From a virus (taxonomy: Duplodnaviria; Caudoviricetes), in IMG/VR virus record IMGVR_UViG_3300021387_000796, positions 1-64,000 of that record: DNA of 64,000 nucleotides; one strand, 5' to 3'. Below the pieces are notes generated by a model, which was not told the origin of the DNA, did not search any database, and saw nothing but the letters and a program-made list of their open reading frames with translations. The position numbers and the translations under genes are program-made. Below are positions 1 to 12,993 of the stretch, piece after piece. Each line of letters opens with the position of its first letter. The stretch's first letter is position 1.

Positions 1-17
1 AGGAGTGGTAGATTATA

Positions 18-3000
18 ATGGAAGAAAATACATTTTATATTTATGTTATAAAAAATAACAAAGGTAGATTTGTGTCTAATCTTACAAATCCTAGACATAA
101 ATATTTTGATAAATTACAAGAAAGTACGAAATTGAAGGCAAAATCCACTAATTGTAAAATATATAAAGTAAAGTGTGAAATAGTGGAAGAAATTAAGGAG
201 TGAATTATAATGGAAGAATGGCATAATTTGAATGAGAATTATAAAGATTTACCAAACGAAGGTGAATGGGTAGAAGGTTTGTATATTTGGTATTACAAGG
301 GTGAACCTTGTTGGGATGTTTTTAAAGTCAGATGGTACTATGAGATTGGTGAATTAGATGAAAAATTAGTTCGTTGGTACGGTAATGATGAATACAATAC
401 ATATGACCGTGATTACTGGAATAAGATAGATGAACCAGATTATTGGAGAAAAATAAATTTTCCTATGAGGAATGATTATGACAGAAAATACTAGAGAAAA
501 ATTATGTAATGTTATGAGATATTTAATTTTATTGTTTACTTTTATACCGTATTTTCTATATAGGCTTTATTCAAAAATAAAAGTTTATTTTCGTAGGGTA
601 TTCTTTTATGATGATAAATTTTTAAAGATGTTTGAGTTAAATAAAAGAATACGATATAAAAGAATTTTCAGACCACAAATTATTTATGTTATTTTTTCTT
701 TTAATAAAGGAAAGGATAATTTTGGATTCATGCGTTATGAATGGGAGAATACTTGTTATGAATATGAAGAATATGATGCCTTTATGGAAAAAGGTTTAAG
801 AGAATATACAAAAGACGATTTAGAATGTACATACGATTACGATAAGTATCACACTTATGGAAGGGTTGATAAAGATTTTATGAAGAAAGTTTTTGCAATT
901 CCTGTTAGTTTTAGACTTTTTGAAAAGATAAGATAATGAGACAATAATTATGGAAATTACCGAAAAAGAAGAAAAGATAATGTTTCATACACTTGGTTAT
1001 GACTATCAGCCAAGATGGAATGATGATAAAGGTGGCTATAGAAATTGGTTCGGCATATATCCTAATGAAGATAATGGAGATTATATAGCAATCAAATCTC
1101 TTGTCGAAAAAGGCTACATGCAGAAAGACGGAATTACCGATTGGAAAGAAGAAGTTTATTCTGTCACAGACATTGGTAAAGATTATGTTGTTGATTTATG
1201 GTTCAAGAAAAAGAAAGAAAACAAACCAAGCCGAAGTAAAAGACGATATCAAGCGTATTTGCATTGGTGTGATTGGAATGAAGGCTCCTTCAAGGAATTT
1301 CTTGATTGGTTGAAGATTACAGAAAAGAAAGAATTATTCTGCGAAGATGAATGTGAAGTAATTAGAGAATATAAAAAGAGGTGGCAAATATGAGTGATAT
1401 TGTTATCAGACCAATTGAAAGAATTAAAAAGAAATGTCTTTGTTGCGATAAAGAAATGGAAATATTTCCATATGAGGAACGAGATTTCTGTGACAGATGT
1501 TTTCCTATTGTTTGCCGAGAAGTTTTCAATAAAGCAAATAACGGAATGACAGTTGAAGAAGTTAAAGAAAGAATTAGAAGAAATATTGAATAATGAAATT
1601 ATCAAAAGAAAATATTTTATCTGTTTGTAATAAGTATCTCTTCATTTTTTACAAGAATGAAAAATATGGATATTGGGAAAATGATTCTCCTAGACAAATA
1701 TATGCGATAAATAAAAATGGATTTATATGTGATAATCGTGAAACTTATTATTTCAATCATTATTTGGAGGATAATTGTAAAGTTTTCATAAGTAATGATT
1801 GGCATAATAATTATGCTAGTTTGGAAGATATGGATACAGATGAAGAAGTAGATAAAGAAAGTTTGAAACATTTTATTGATTGTATTGACAATGATTATTG
1901 TGTTGTTTATAATCAAGAGTATGTGAATAAATTAAATAAACGTATATATGAATTACAGAAAGAAAATGATGAATTAAAAAATAATATTCAAGAACTTAAT
2001 CAAGAAAATGGTAAATTAGAAGGATTTCTTGAAGATGAAAAGATGGAATATTATGAACTTGAAAACTTTAAAAATAATGAAATTAAAGAATTGAAAAATA
2101 AATGTAAGAAAATCATAAAAGAACTTATTGACTTTATAAAATCAATAGAAAATGGTGATGATAGACATCCTACACCTTTATTTTATAAGAGTTATGAAGA
2201 TTTTTTGAAGGAGTTAGAAAATGACCAAAGAAGAATTTGCTAAAAGATATAAAATAATTGATGTTGAAAAACAAGGAAATATTCTTGTTGTTAGATTATA
2301 CATAAGTGAAAATAGAGATGATAAAACATATTTTGTCCGACTTGTATTTGTGGATAATAAATTGTTTTATAGTGGTGATATGGGAACTTATGCTTTCGGC
2401 AGAGATATTTGTCATATTTTTACATTCTTCAAAGGCGATTATATAAATACTGATTATTGGAGTGGAAAGTGTGAAGCAAGTTCTTATCCGATTTATCCAA
2501 GTGATGTAGATGAAGAAAAAGTTGAAGAATTGGTAAAAGAATATGTGTGTGATTTGTATGGAGTTGAAAACTACGATGAACTTGATGAAGAAATTAAAGA
2601 TGTAATTGAAGATAAATTCCGATTTGGAATAGAATCTAATGAATATCGAGCGTATGATGAAATCTATGAGTTTTTGGAAGAAGAGTTTAATTGTTCAAAT
2701 TTATGTGAAACGGTTAATAATATTATTGAAGGTGCAAAATCAATTTCCCCAAATTATGTATACGCTTGCGAGTTAATTCAATGGGTGGAAAATAATCTTG
2801 AAGATTGGTGCAAGGAAAGAAACATTAATTATGATGAATTGCTTAATTAAGGATTTTTATGGAAAATAAAAACATATAAAAGAGGTATAAAATGAATAAA
2901 TTAGAAATTGCTTGTGTTGTTATCGGATTTATATGTATCGTTTTGAACATTGATTTTAAGGTAGAAGGAAAGACTGCTATAATTTGTGTCTTGATTTCAA

Positions 3001-3424
3001 AAGTAATATCTAATTTAATTTTTGGTACTATGATTCTTTTGCCTTTGTATTTCAATTATTGGAAATAAATATGAATAAAGAATATGAAATTTGGCTAAAA
3101 ACTGTAAAAATCGACAATAAACCGATAACGATTTATACGGCAACTTATGAAAATAAGAAAGTTTGTGTTTATTCTATAGATAGCGAAATTTGTATAAATT
3201 GGTATATTAATGGGAAATTAATTGAAATGCCAAAATTTCCTAAAGAAATTATTACAGAAATGGAATTATTTTGTCAGACAATTATTTATAAATGCATAGA
3301 CAAACATTTAATGTACGAAATATTAAATACAATGGAGAAATATTTGCCTTATTTGGAAGATGAAGAAAATCCAATAAGTTCATTAAAATATATAAACATT
3401 GTGGGAGAAATTAAATTTGAATAG
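18..3424 (+). CDS. Cluster of small co-oriented hypothetical phage proteins (18-203, 210-494, 472-936, 950-1393, 1381-1593, 1593-2243, 2221-2850, 3059-3424)
   Basis: Abutting or overlapping ORFs, several with AGGAG/GGAG-type SD sites. No family motif recognised. Confidence 0.7.
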
Positions 3425-4226
3425 TCCGATTAAATATTATGGTGGTAAATCCTACATGACGGATATTATCATTTCTCATTTTCCAAAAGATTATTCTGTT
3501 TATATAGAAGGATTTGGTGGTGGTGCTTCTGTTCTATTTGCAAAAGAACGAGATAAATTGGAAATCTACAATGATTTAGGTGAAAATGTGTATTCTTTGT
3601 TCAAGGTTCTTTCAGACAAGGAACTTTTTGAACAGATGAAAGAAAAGTTGGATTTAACATATTATTCTTCTAATATAAGAAAAGAGTTTATCGAAGATTT
3701 GAAAAGAGATGATTTATCTTTGTTGGATAGAGCATATAAATATTTTTACGTAAATCGTTCAAGTTTTAATGGGATTGGAGGATTTTCGACAACATTACTT
3801 GTTAGAAGAAATATGAGTAAATCAGTTTCAGATTATCTTTCTGCTATAGATGGATTAGCAGAAGTACATAACAGATTAAGTTCTGTAATCATAGAAAACA
3901 GAAATATTTTTGATTTGATTGAAAAATATGACGATAAAAATGTTTTCTTTTATCTTGACCCACCATATGTTCATGATACTAGAAGTAGCGGAACGGAATA
4001 TGAATGTGAAATGTCAGATGAAGAGCATAAAAAATTAATAGATATTATGCTAAATTCAAAAGGAAAGTTTTTGGTTAGTGGTTATGAGCATCCAATTTAT
4101 CAAAAGTTGGTTGATAATGGTTGGAATTTATATAAATATGATTCAGTAAATGCTTGTAATGACAGAACTGAATGCTTATGGTACAATTACAATATTGAAG
4201 AAGGAAATTTGTTTGATGAAATATGA
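3399..4226 (+). CDS. DNA adenine methyltransferase, Dam/D12 class
   Basis: Motifs YYGGKS, EGFGGGASV and YLDPPY. The true start may be the TTG near 3417. Confidence 0.9.
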   Translation: MWEKLNLNSPIKYYGGKSYMTDIIISHFPKDYSVYIEGFGGGASVLFAKERDKLEIYNDLGENVYSLFKVLSDKELFEQMKEKLDLTYYSSNIRKEFIEDLKRDDLSLLDRAYKYFYVNRSSFNGIGGFSTTLLVRRNMSKSVSDYLSAIDGLAEVHNRLSSVIIENRNIFDLIEKYDDKNVFFYLDPPYVHDTRSSGTEYECEMSDEEHKKLIDIMLNSKGKFLVSGYEHPIYQKLVDNGWNLYKYDSVNACNDRTECLWYNYNIEEGNLFDEI

Positions 4227-4385
4227 AGATAAAACTACAAAAGAAGATGAAGAAAATAGAATCATCAGAATTGAAATGACTGCTGAAAATTGGGAAGAAA
4301 ACAAAATGCTTGCCAAGGGAATTGAAATAGATGAACCGCAATATGTAGAATGTGTGATTGATTTGAAAAAAGGAGGAATAAAAAT

Positions 4386-4817
4386 ATGAATGAAGTAAAT
4401 GATGTAAGAAGTTATAACTGCGGAGCATCAGATTACAGTAAACATAAATTTCAATCATGGGATTTTTGGATTTTATTTAGGTTAAATCCTTGGGATGCCG
4501 ATTTGGTAAAAAGAGAATTACGTATTAAAAAAACTGATGGAAGACTTTTAGACTATAAAAAAATGAAACACATTGCACTTGAGCGTATTAGACAGTTTCA
4601 GAATAACGAGAATGTATTTCCTATCGAAAATCTTGAACCAAAAGATATTACTTTAGGTGAAATGCTTGAAGATTATGATTTGACTTCTGATGATGTTGTT
4701 ATTCTGACAAGAATTCTTTATCCGAATGTAAAAGACCGTGTTTCTGATTATGAAGAAATTATTGAAATTTGCAACAAGAGGATTGGAGAGTTGGAAAAGG
4801 AAGAAAAAATAAATTAA
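4386..4817 (+). CDS. DUF3310-like phage protein
   Basis: SYNCGASDYSKH...W..F.LNPWDADLVKR..R.K...DY.K pattern recalled from DUF3310-like phage proteins. Confidence 0.5.
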   Translation: MNEVNDVRSYNCGASDYSKHKFQSWDFWILFRLNPWDADLVKRELRIKKTDGRLLDYKKMKHIALERIRQFQNNENVFPIENLEPKDITLGEMLEDYDLTSDDVVILTRILYPNVKDRVSDYEEIIEICNKRIGELEKEEKIN

Positions 4818-4879
4818 GTCTTGAAAAATAATTTGTTACATAATATCCTTATCTAAAATAAAATAGATAAGGATTTTTT

Positions 4880-5887
4880 ATGATAAAATTAAATGACCTT
4901 GATTTAGATAAAACACTAATGTGTTCACACATTGACGCTGATGGCACGATTCCAATTATTCTTAATAAATTTTTTCAAATAAATTATGCAAAAGAAGTAA
5001 TGAGCAATTATGGAGAAGATGCTGAAAATTCCGATTTATCTAGCGGATTGTATAATACGGTAATTTATACAGATTTTACACCTAATGACAGAGCAAGAGA
5101 AATCATTAAAGAAAAGAATATGAAGTGCCTTATTATAGACCATCATGAAAGTGTAAAAGAATCTATGGAAGAATTTTGTAAAGATTATCCTAATGCAGAA
5201 TACATTTTTGATGTTACTAAATGTGGAACAAAATTATATTATGAATGGTTGCTTTCTCAAGGATATAAAGGAAATAAAGTTTCTGATTATATTGTTGAAT
5301 TGACGGATACTTATGATTTGTTTAAGAAAGAATCTTCTTTATTTAGTGAAGCCGATAAATTAAACAGATTACTTTACTCGTCTGCAAAGTGGTATATATT
5401 GAGGTCTAATCCTACAGACAGAATTTCTGCATATGAAACATTCATTAATTCTATGGTGTGGAAAATGCAGAATATGAATGAGTTCAAGTTTGTTGCATGG
5501 GAAATGGAAAAGATACAAGGTGATATAAATAAGGAAAATGAAATATTTGAAAGTTTGATAAAGAATGCACCTAAAGAAATATCGACTAGAAAAGATGAAC
5601 GAGGAAAATATTTCTGTGTCTTTTCTTGTAAAAGTAAAATTTCTGCAATCGCTTCTAGAGTTTTGGAAAAGTACAAGAAAGTTGATTATTTGTTGATAAT
5701 CAATGATTATAATCAAGATGAACCAAAAGTAAGTTTGCGTAGCCGAGAAATAAATTTATTAGATTTAAATTTTACAAGTGGTCACGAATTGGCTTGCGGA
5801 ATTGATTCTGAAAAAGTTGGTAATATGAAGGAATTTGTTAGAAAGTTGAAAAATAAGGAAATCTTTGAATTAGGATATAAGGAGTAA
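4880..5887 (+). CDS. DHH-family phosphoesterase
   Basis: Motifs SHIDADG, YTDF, IIDHH and C-terminal SLRS...SGH.LACG. Confidence 0.85.
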   Translation: MIKLNDLDLDKTLMCSHIDADGTIPIILNKFFQINYAKEVMSNYGEDAENSDLSSGLYNTVIYTDFTPNDRAREIIKEKNMKCLIIDHHESVKESMEEFCKDYPNAEYIFDVTKCGTKLYYEWLLSQGYKGNKVSDYIVELTDTYDLFKKESSLFSEADKLNRLLYSSAKWYILRSNPTDRISAYETFINSMVWKMQNMNEFKFVAWEMEKIQGDINKENEIFESLIKNAPKEISTRKDERGKYFCVFSCKSKISAIASRVLEKYKKVDYLLIINDYNQDEPKVSLRSREINLLDLNFTSGHELACGIDSEKVGNMKEFVRKLKNKEIFELGYKE

Positions 5888-5892
5888 ATAAA

Positions 5893-6624
5893 ATGTCAGA
5901 TATTAAATTATATAATGAAGATTGCTTAAAGATAATGGGGAGGGTCGCTGATAATTCTATAGACCTTATTTGTAGTGATGTGCCGTATCTTGTAACGAGT
6001 AGAGGAAATAGCGGTAGTATGGGTGGATATGTTACAAGTAAATTGGCAATGAGTGGAAAAATATTTGAAAATAATTCGATTAAACCATCGGATTATCTTC
6101 CGCATTTTTATCGTATTCTGAAAGACAAAACCCATTGTTATATCATGATAAATAATCTTAATTTACAAGAAATGTTAAATGAAGCAACTAAAGTTGGTTT
6201 TCATTTTGTAAAGTGTCTAATTTGGGATAAACAGAATAAAATTTGTGGTCGTTATTATATGAATCAATTTGAATATATTTGTTTGTTCCGTAAAGGTGGT
6301 GACAGACCAATTAATAATTGTGGTACATCAGACATTCTTTCTATTCCAATCAAGAAACTCAAAGATGAAAACGGAAACAATCTACATGATACAGAAAAAC
6401 CGATTGAATTGATGAAAATACTTATAGAAAACTCAACCAATGAAGGTGAAACAGTTTTAGACCCATTTATGGGGATTGGAAGTTGCGGAATAGCAAGTAA
6501 AATGTTGAATAGGAATTTCGTAGGTTGTGAAATAGACCCTAAATATTTTGAGATTGCGAAAAACAGAATTGAAAATAACGGAAATTATGTAGATGACTCT
6601 AAAGAAGATATTTTTGATTTTTAA
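5893..6624 (+). CDS. N4-C/N6-A DNA methyltransferase, beta class
   Basis: SDVPY catalytic motif first, then HDTEKP, LDPFMGIGS and GCEID. Confidence 0.9.
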   Translation: MSDIKLYNEDCLKIMGRVADNSIDLICSDVPYLVTSRGNSGSMGGYVTSKLAMSGKIFENNSIKPSDYLPHFYRILKDKTHCYIMINNLNLQEMLNEATKVGFHFVKCLIWDKQNKICGRYYMNQFEYICLFRKGGDRPINNCGTSDILSIPIKKLKDENGNNLHDTEKPIELMKILIENSTNEGETVLDPFMGIGSCGIASKMLNRNFVGCEIDPKYFEIAKNRIENNGNYVDDSKEDIFDF

Positions 6625-6843
6625 TTCAGAACAACTATAGCATCGTTGTAATTAAATAATTGTACATTTATAGAAGGTTTTAGTGTATTTACTCTACCCA
6701 CTCGTACATCATCTCCCATAACAGTTCTTATGTCTTCAAGAACTTCAATAAGTTGCTCTATTGTTTTGCAATTAAATTCTAATTGTGCTTTTTCTTCAAA
6801 TCTTTCCATAAAATAAATAGTTATAAAATATTGATAATTTTCC

Positions 6844-6872
6844 TTGACAAATAAATTATTCTCATTTATAAT
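6844..6872 (+). promoter_or_regulatory. Sigma70-type early promoter TTGACA-17-TATAAT with upstream GATAATTTT element
   Basis: Perfect consensus. Similar ATAATTTTnCTTGACA promoters occur near 8803, 20288, 23505, 45213, 58407 and 60253. Confidence 0.85.
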
Positions 6873-7986
6873 ATAACTATCTAATGAGGAGAAAATTTTA
6901 TGAAAGAATTAATGTTTGATATATTTGCTGATGACATAGAGATGGAAGGTGAAGAAATTAATGGAATTTTTAGTAATTATTGTTATGTAAATACTAATCG
7001 CTTTATTACAAATTCTAATTTTATTTTTGAATTGAATAAAGAATCGGAAAAAATAATTGAAAATTTAAGCAAACGTAAAAACATAAATGATGTAATTAAA
7101 AACATAAAAGAAAATGATTATTTTGTATATATTGAAAATGGATATATAATTTTAGAATGGAATTGTCATTTTATTTCTGCATATGGTAAATATAAATGGA
7201 AAATAAATAAAATTAATTTTGGTGCTGAACATATTTAAGAAGTATTTTATGAAATATGTTAGAAATAAGCAGTTAAGAAATAAATTGGATAAACTTGGAA
7301 TTAAAGATGTAGTTTTGAATTTTGATAGCGGTTTTGTTTCTATTTGGTCGGAAGATGATTTGACAGATACAATTCTTCATTATGCTGACAATACAATTGA
7401 AACTAGAATATTTGCTGATTATTCTGTTGATGAATGGGTAGAAATGATTAAAGATATTTTTGATGATGGATTGGAAAGTTATGAATGTAGACATGATTTT
7501 GACGATAAAGTAATTAAAATCGGAAAACAAATAACTATATAATAAAAAGAAATCGAAAACGGATTTTTAATTTAATTATAGGAGATAAAAGTTATGGGAA
7601 TGTATAATACAATTCTTGAAGGAAAACTTACAAATACTCTTGGTGTAAGAATTAAGAAAGAAGGTAAAGATGTGTATATTATTGACGCTCTTGTTCTTGA
7701 AAATAATGGTAAAAATGATTTTTGGCATACATGGGGTGGTTGGGAATTAATTGATATTGCTAATTTAAGTGGAAACAAACTCGCTTTAGATGTTGGATTA
7801 GATTATTATTTGGAAGGGAATGATTTCAAATCATTTGTTGAATTTGCTAGAAATTGTGCAAATGCATTTTATGATGTAGTTCCATTCAAATCAAATGAAG
7901 AAATTTGGTAATAGGAGGATGATGCTAGTTTAGCAGTTAATGAAGTTGCAAAACATTTTTAGTTATTATAGAGGAGATATACTATT

Positions 7987-8781
7987 ATGAATTTGAAAGA
8001 AAATAAAAAATCATTTAAAGAGGAAATAAATAGACCTACTTGGAGTAAATGGGTAGTAAATGACATTCATCATATTGAATATTTTTTCAATGGAAAAATT
8101 GTAGATAAGAAAATGTTGAATTCTTTATTTGAATCAGAGGGGTTCGACACCGATGTTGATACTGTTGAAGATGAAATTAAAAAAGCAGTTCGTTCAGTAA
8201 GATTAGGAAATCTTGACGGCAATGCACTTCATATCGCTCACAATTCTGTAGGAAATAGAATTGACCTTGTTTTTGATATTGGTGGATTATTGGGTGATGT
8301 TGAAAGTTTGTCTAACGATGAGTGTATGATTAGAATTAATGGTGATATTTATGAACAAGATGAAATGTGGAATTTTGGATTTGCCATTTATTTGACTTGT
8401 GATGTTTATCCATTAGATTTTTCATTGGCAGAATCTAAAAAGAAATCATTAAGAAAAAGTCTGAAAGAATCAGCAAAACCAATCAATGAAAAGAATGTAG
8501 CCAAGTTTGTAGATGAACTTAATAAATTCTGTGATGAGAAAATTCATTATGTTGATGCCGATGCTGAAAGATTTACTAAAAAGTATGGTAAAATGTATAA
8601 TTTCAAATATCGTTTTGATGATACAGATGAAATGTTTGTAGTTTATGATTCTGAGGGAACTCTTGATATGTTTGATGATGTAGGTTTTGTAAGAGAAGAA
8701 ATAGACCGTCTTGCTAAGAAGAATGATTGGTATGCTGACCCTTATACATCGAGTGCGAATTTCACATTTGGTGAACTTTAG
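7987..8781 (+). CDS. Putative head-packaged protein with ESKKKSLRKSLKE linker
   Basis: Linker at 8431 is shared with the proteins at 24391 and 25943. Confidence 0.5.
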   Translation: MNLKENKKSFKEEINRPTWSKWVVNDIHHIEYFFNGKIVDKKMLNSLFESEGFDTDVDTVEDEIKKAVRSVRLGNLDGNALHIAHNSVGNRIDLVFDIGGLLGDVESLSNDECMIRINGDIYEQDEMWNFGFAIYLTCDVYPLDFSLAESKKKSLRKSLKESAKPINEKNVAKFVDELNKFCDEKIHYVDADAERFTKKYGKMYNFKYRFDDTDEMFVVYDSEGTLDMFDDVGFVREEIDRLAKKNDWYADPYTSSANFTFGEL

Positions 8782-9691
8782 TTAAATAATTGATAATTTT
8801 ACTTGACAGATAAATCTCCTTATGATATTATAATAATCGTAAGGAGATTTATTTTATGGATTTGAAAGATACTTTATGGGAACTTTTCGGAAAGAACAGA
8901 GATGAAATTGGAATAGTGGAATTATCATCTATAGATAAAGTTCGAGCGATGGGTGACCATGTGGACTTTATTTATAATGGAAAAGCAATCTTTCGTGGAT
9001 TTAATGAAAATAAATTTATTTTTACAAGTGTAGGTTTATCTGACAGAAAACAGAGAGATAGACTTAACGCTTGTCTTTATGCTCAAGGTACACAATATTC
9101 TGTTTATATGAAAGATGGAAAAGTTTACGCTTGTTATGGTGGAAGAAGTATGAGAAATTCTATTGAATTAGATGGAGTTTCTATGTATAAAACGGATTTT
9201 GTAAATAATTGTCATATATTTGAAAAGTTTTAACTATTTAACTATCTTTGATATATAGGAGAAATAGAATTATGGTTGTACATTTAACTGATGAAGATTT
9301 TAAAGATGTTGAATTTATGGATGCTCTTAAAGAAGAACTTACTGAAGCAGAAAAACTCTGTAAAAAGTATGGTTATTATGGAGAGTTTTATATTGATGAA
9401 AATCTCGTAATTGGTGATGTTTATGCACAAAAGGATGAATATCAACCGAAGATTTATATTGAGTCTAGAAAGAAATTTGAAATAAGAATTCAGACAACTT
9501 CTTATGGTTCTTTATCTATTGATAAATATAATAAGTTTTTGAGTGATAATATTGATGCTATGCATTTGGCAGAAGATTTAACTAACACTTTGTTTATTTG
9601 TTCGCAGTTGGTTAAATAATATTGGATTTAATCTTGTTTCAAAATAATTAAATATGGTATAAAAGAGTGAACAAAATGTTCACTCTTTTTA

Positions 9692-10339
9692 TTGGAGAAA
9701 ATTAAAATGTATACAGATGAACAGATAAATGAAATGTTTAAAGATAAATATAATTCATTTGACCCACAATGTAAACAATATTTGGATGCTTACATAAACA
9801 TATATAAACAGAGTTTCATAAATCCTTGCAAATCAGATAAATTTCATCATCATCATTTATTCCCAAGTTTTATTTATAAACAGATAATTGGAGAAAAGAA
9901 TCGTTATCATACGATTGAAAAATTGGACGAAACTTTTAAACCGAATGATAACATATGTAAGTTGAGAATTCTGTATCATGTTTTAGCACATTATTATCTT
10001 GCTATGGCATTGAGAGGAACAATTTATGAATATGATTCTCTTAATGCTTTCTGTACTTTAATTAATGATTATTCAAGACCTTTATCTTCTTATACTCTTG
10101 ATGAAATAAAAGAAATCGGCAGACTGATTGAAGAAAATACTGAACCTAATAAAATCGACCATTATGTAACACAAAGTGAACGAAAAGAGATGTATAAGGA
10201 GCAACAGAAAGCATATAAAGAAAAATGGAATGAAGAACACAAAGACGAAATTGAAGAACATAAGCGTCAGCAGAGAGAATATGTTAAAAAGATGAGGGAA
10301 GAATTTAAGAAAAAATTCAAGGAGAAACAAAATGGTTAA
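9692..10339 (+). CDS. Putative HNH (Mob-like) endonuclease
   Basis: HHHHLFPS...L.ILYHVLAHYYL resembles the HHI.P...L...EH..AH..L motif of phage HNH nucleases. Charged coiled-coil C-terminus. Confidence 0.45.
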   Translation: MEKIKMYTDEQINEMFKDKYNSFDPQCKQYLDAYINIYKQSFINPCKSDKFHHHHLFPSFIYKQIIGEKNRYHTIEKLDETFKPNDNICKLRILYHVLAHYYLAMALRGTIYEYDSLNAFCTLINDYSRPLSSYTLDEIKEIGRLIEENTEPNKIDHYVTQSERKEMYKEQQKAYKEKWNEEHKDEIEEHKRQQREYVKKMREEFKKKFKEKQNG

Positions 10340-11835
10340 AGTTCCGTATTTATATATGAAAACACCAATTCAATTAGAATATATTAAAGATGATGAAGAT
10401 TGTGAGTATGAAGTACAGACTTATATAGAGACATGTGCTTATGAAAATAATAAATTATTTGATGTTGTTATCAGTAAGAATATTTTATTTGATGATGGTT
10501 ATGAAGAAGCGTTTCTGTTAAAATATGCTAAAGGTTTGAAAGATTTAGATGAGGTCGAAGACTTATGTGATGAAATAATTTTGGCGGATAGAGGAGAATA
10601 ACTATTTGAATTATGATAGAGTTTACAAATAAAACCCCAACTATCGCCGATGTGTATACATATACTTATTTGAATCCTCATACATATAATCGATTTGAAT
10701 ATGCGAAACGAGACGTTGTAAAAACTAGAATCCATATCGAAAGACGTATTGTTTATAGGAAAAATAAGGAAGGACGTTATACAGTACCTTATGAGAGATT
10801 ATTGGTAAAATCATATTCATACCCACAATACAGACCTTATCTTTCAATTAAAACTAAAAATGCTAAAAAACAAAGAACTATAAGACACGAATATGATGTT
10901 ATTATATGTATTCAACCATATGGTGATAAAAACGAGTATTCTTACCAATATAGTAAGATAATATGGAGAGTAGGGTCGTTTAAAAAATGGCAAAAGCCTC
11001 CACAATCAAAAATCAAAAGTGTCTATAAAGAAACAAGAGAAAAATTAGAAAAGAAATATAATAAATTACCACCAAAAGAAAAGGAAAAAGCAATAAAAGA
11101 ACAAATTGATAAAATAAAACGTAGAGGGGAATACCTTGATGTTGGAGATTTTTGCAGTAGGTCTCTAGGGATTTGTGGAGATGATTATTGGAGGTCTTTT
11201 CCAAATCAAGTTAAATATGACGCTCTTTATGGAAAAGCCTATAATTTAGAATCTCCTAAAAATATAGGATATTGTTATTTTTCAAAACATGCATTATCAG
11301 TAATAAATTTCCTTCTTCGTAAAGGTATAATTAAATATAAATAATTTTATAAGCCTTTAACTATTTAATTTGAGAAAAAGAGAGTTGATAATTATCTTTA
11401 TCTTTAATAAACTAAATACTAAGAGATAAACGAAATGTCTGAACGAAATTCTATCGGTAAAATCAATCTATTATAAAACAAAAAAATTCGGAGGAAATAT
11501 GACAGAATCATCAAAAGAAATGAAGTTTATTGAAGGTGTAGATTTGGATGAAAAGAATGTGTCGGTCGAGTATGACAATACGATAGAATATGAAATAGAT
11601 GATTATGTCAGTTTGATGTATTCTAAGAATGAGAAAAAGTTTTATATTGAATTTATAGATTATGAAGATACTTATGATGAGATTAGATATGAACTAGATG
11701 ATAATTTTGACGGAATGACTTTTAATGGAGTTTTTGTCAGCAAAGAAGATTATTGTGATTTTAAGGAATTAATTTTAAAGTCGGTATAAATTTTTAACTA
11801 TTTTATTTATATTTCAATTTATTGGAGAAATTTTT

Positions 11836-12636
11836 ATGGCTGACGAAGATACAAGACGATTAATCCCAATCTCAATTAAAAAATTAGAGAATAATTTGTG
11901 GAATATCAAAATCGATGATGGTGAATCTTATAATGTAGAAGGTGATTTTGATTCCATTAAGAAAGCACTTAGACGTATTAAGGCAAAAGATGGTGCTGAA
12001 TACGGAAAATGTCGAAGTTCCAAAAAAGGAACATATGCGTCCATGATTGGCGATATTGATAACAATGACTTACATAAAATAAATGTGTGGAAATCTAAAG
12101 TCCCGCATTCGCCTGAGGATTTTAAGAAATTAATGGAGAATAATAAAATGAAAAGTATAACACTTACAAAAAATTACCTTATTGAAGGAAACATTGTTTC
12201 AAAAGGAACATTGATTACACTGAAAGAGAAGTTGGACTTTTTGCCTTCTGATATTTGGGAAAAAGCAAAAACAATCGAAGATAAGCATGAAAGATTTGAG
12301 TTTGTAAAAGCCGAATTGAATAAACTCGGAGATGATTACACAGATGATGAAATTGAAAATTTCTTGTCAAAATACGAAACAGAACTGACAGAATCCCTTA
12401 CAGAAAAAGAAGTAGATGGACTTGGTGATATGTTGGACATGCTTGAAGAAACATTGGAATCAGAAGATTATGTTGCAAAAGAAAACTTCAAAAAAGTTCT
12501 TGATATCGCAAAGAAAGATGAAGAACTTCTTGATGCATGGGAAGCAATGGCAACTGCTGACGACAAAACATTTGTTAAAAAGGAAAATGACTTTTGGAAC
12601 AGATTTGATAAAATTTGTAAACCATTCAAAAAATAA
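11836..12636 (+). CDS. Putative late/virion protein with a likely internal start at 12148 (MKSITLTKNYLIEG)
   Basis: TAACTAT motif upstream. Internal GGAG SD with an in-frame ATG. The N-terminal motif is shared with 19000 and 51853. Confidence 0.5.
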   Translation: MADEDTRRLIPISIKKLENNLWNIKIDDGESYNVEGDFDSIKKALRRIKAKDGAEYGKCRSSKKGTYASMIGDIDNNDLHKINVWKSKVPHSPEDFKKLMENNKMKSITLTKNYLIEGNIVSKGTLITLKEKLDFLPSDIWEKAKTIEDKHERFEFVKAELNKLGDDYTDDEIENFLSKYETELTESLTEKEVDGLGDMLDMLEETLESEDYVAKENFKKVLDIAKKDEELLDAWEAMATADDKTFVKKENDFWNRFDKICKPFKK

Positions 12637-12993
12637 GGAGATAAATTATGGCAAAGAAAAATTATAAAACAACAAATAACGATAAAAGAGTTTATCCTAT
12701 TAAAGTAAGATTGATTAAGCCAAATCCTGCAAATCAAGATAAGGTGGTTTATAATAATGTTGAACTTTATACATATAAAGATACTGTTATCGAAACTGTA
12801 GATGAATTCGCTAAGATTATTCCTATGCAGAAATACCTTGTAATCAAATCGGATGTTGTAGAATCGAAAACAGAAGTTGTAGAAGATAAAATTGAAAATG
12901 ATGAATAATTTTAATTAAAAAATTTATAAAATTATTGAAAGTTTAATACAAAATGTGTTAAAATCCTTGCAGAATATAAAGCAAGGATTTTTT

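Noticed and set aside
7909-7962. Open frame continuing after TAA TAG at the end of ORF 7594 (EDDASLAVNEVAKHF)
   Set aside because: Double stop and only 15 codons, which is insufficient evidence for read-through.
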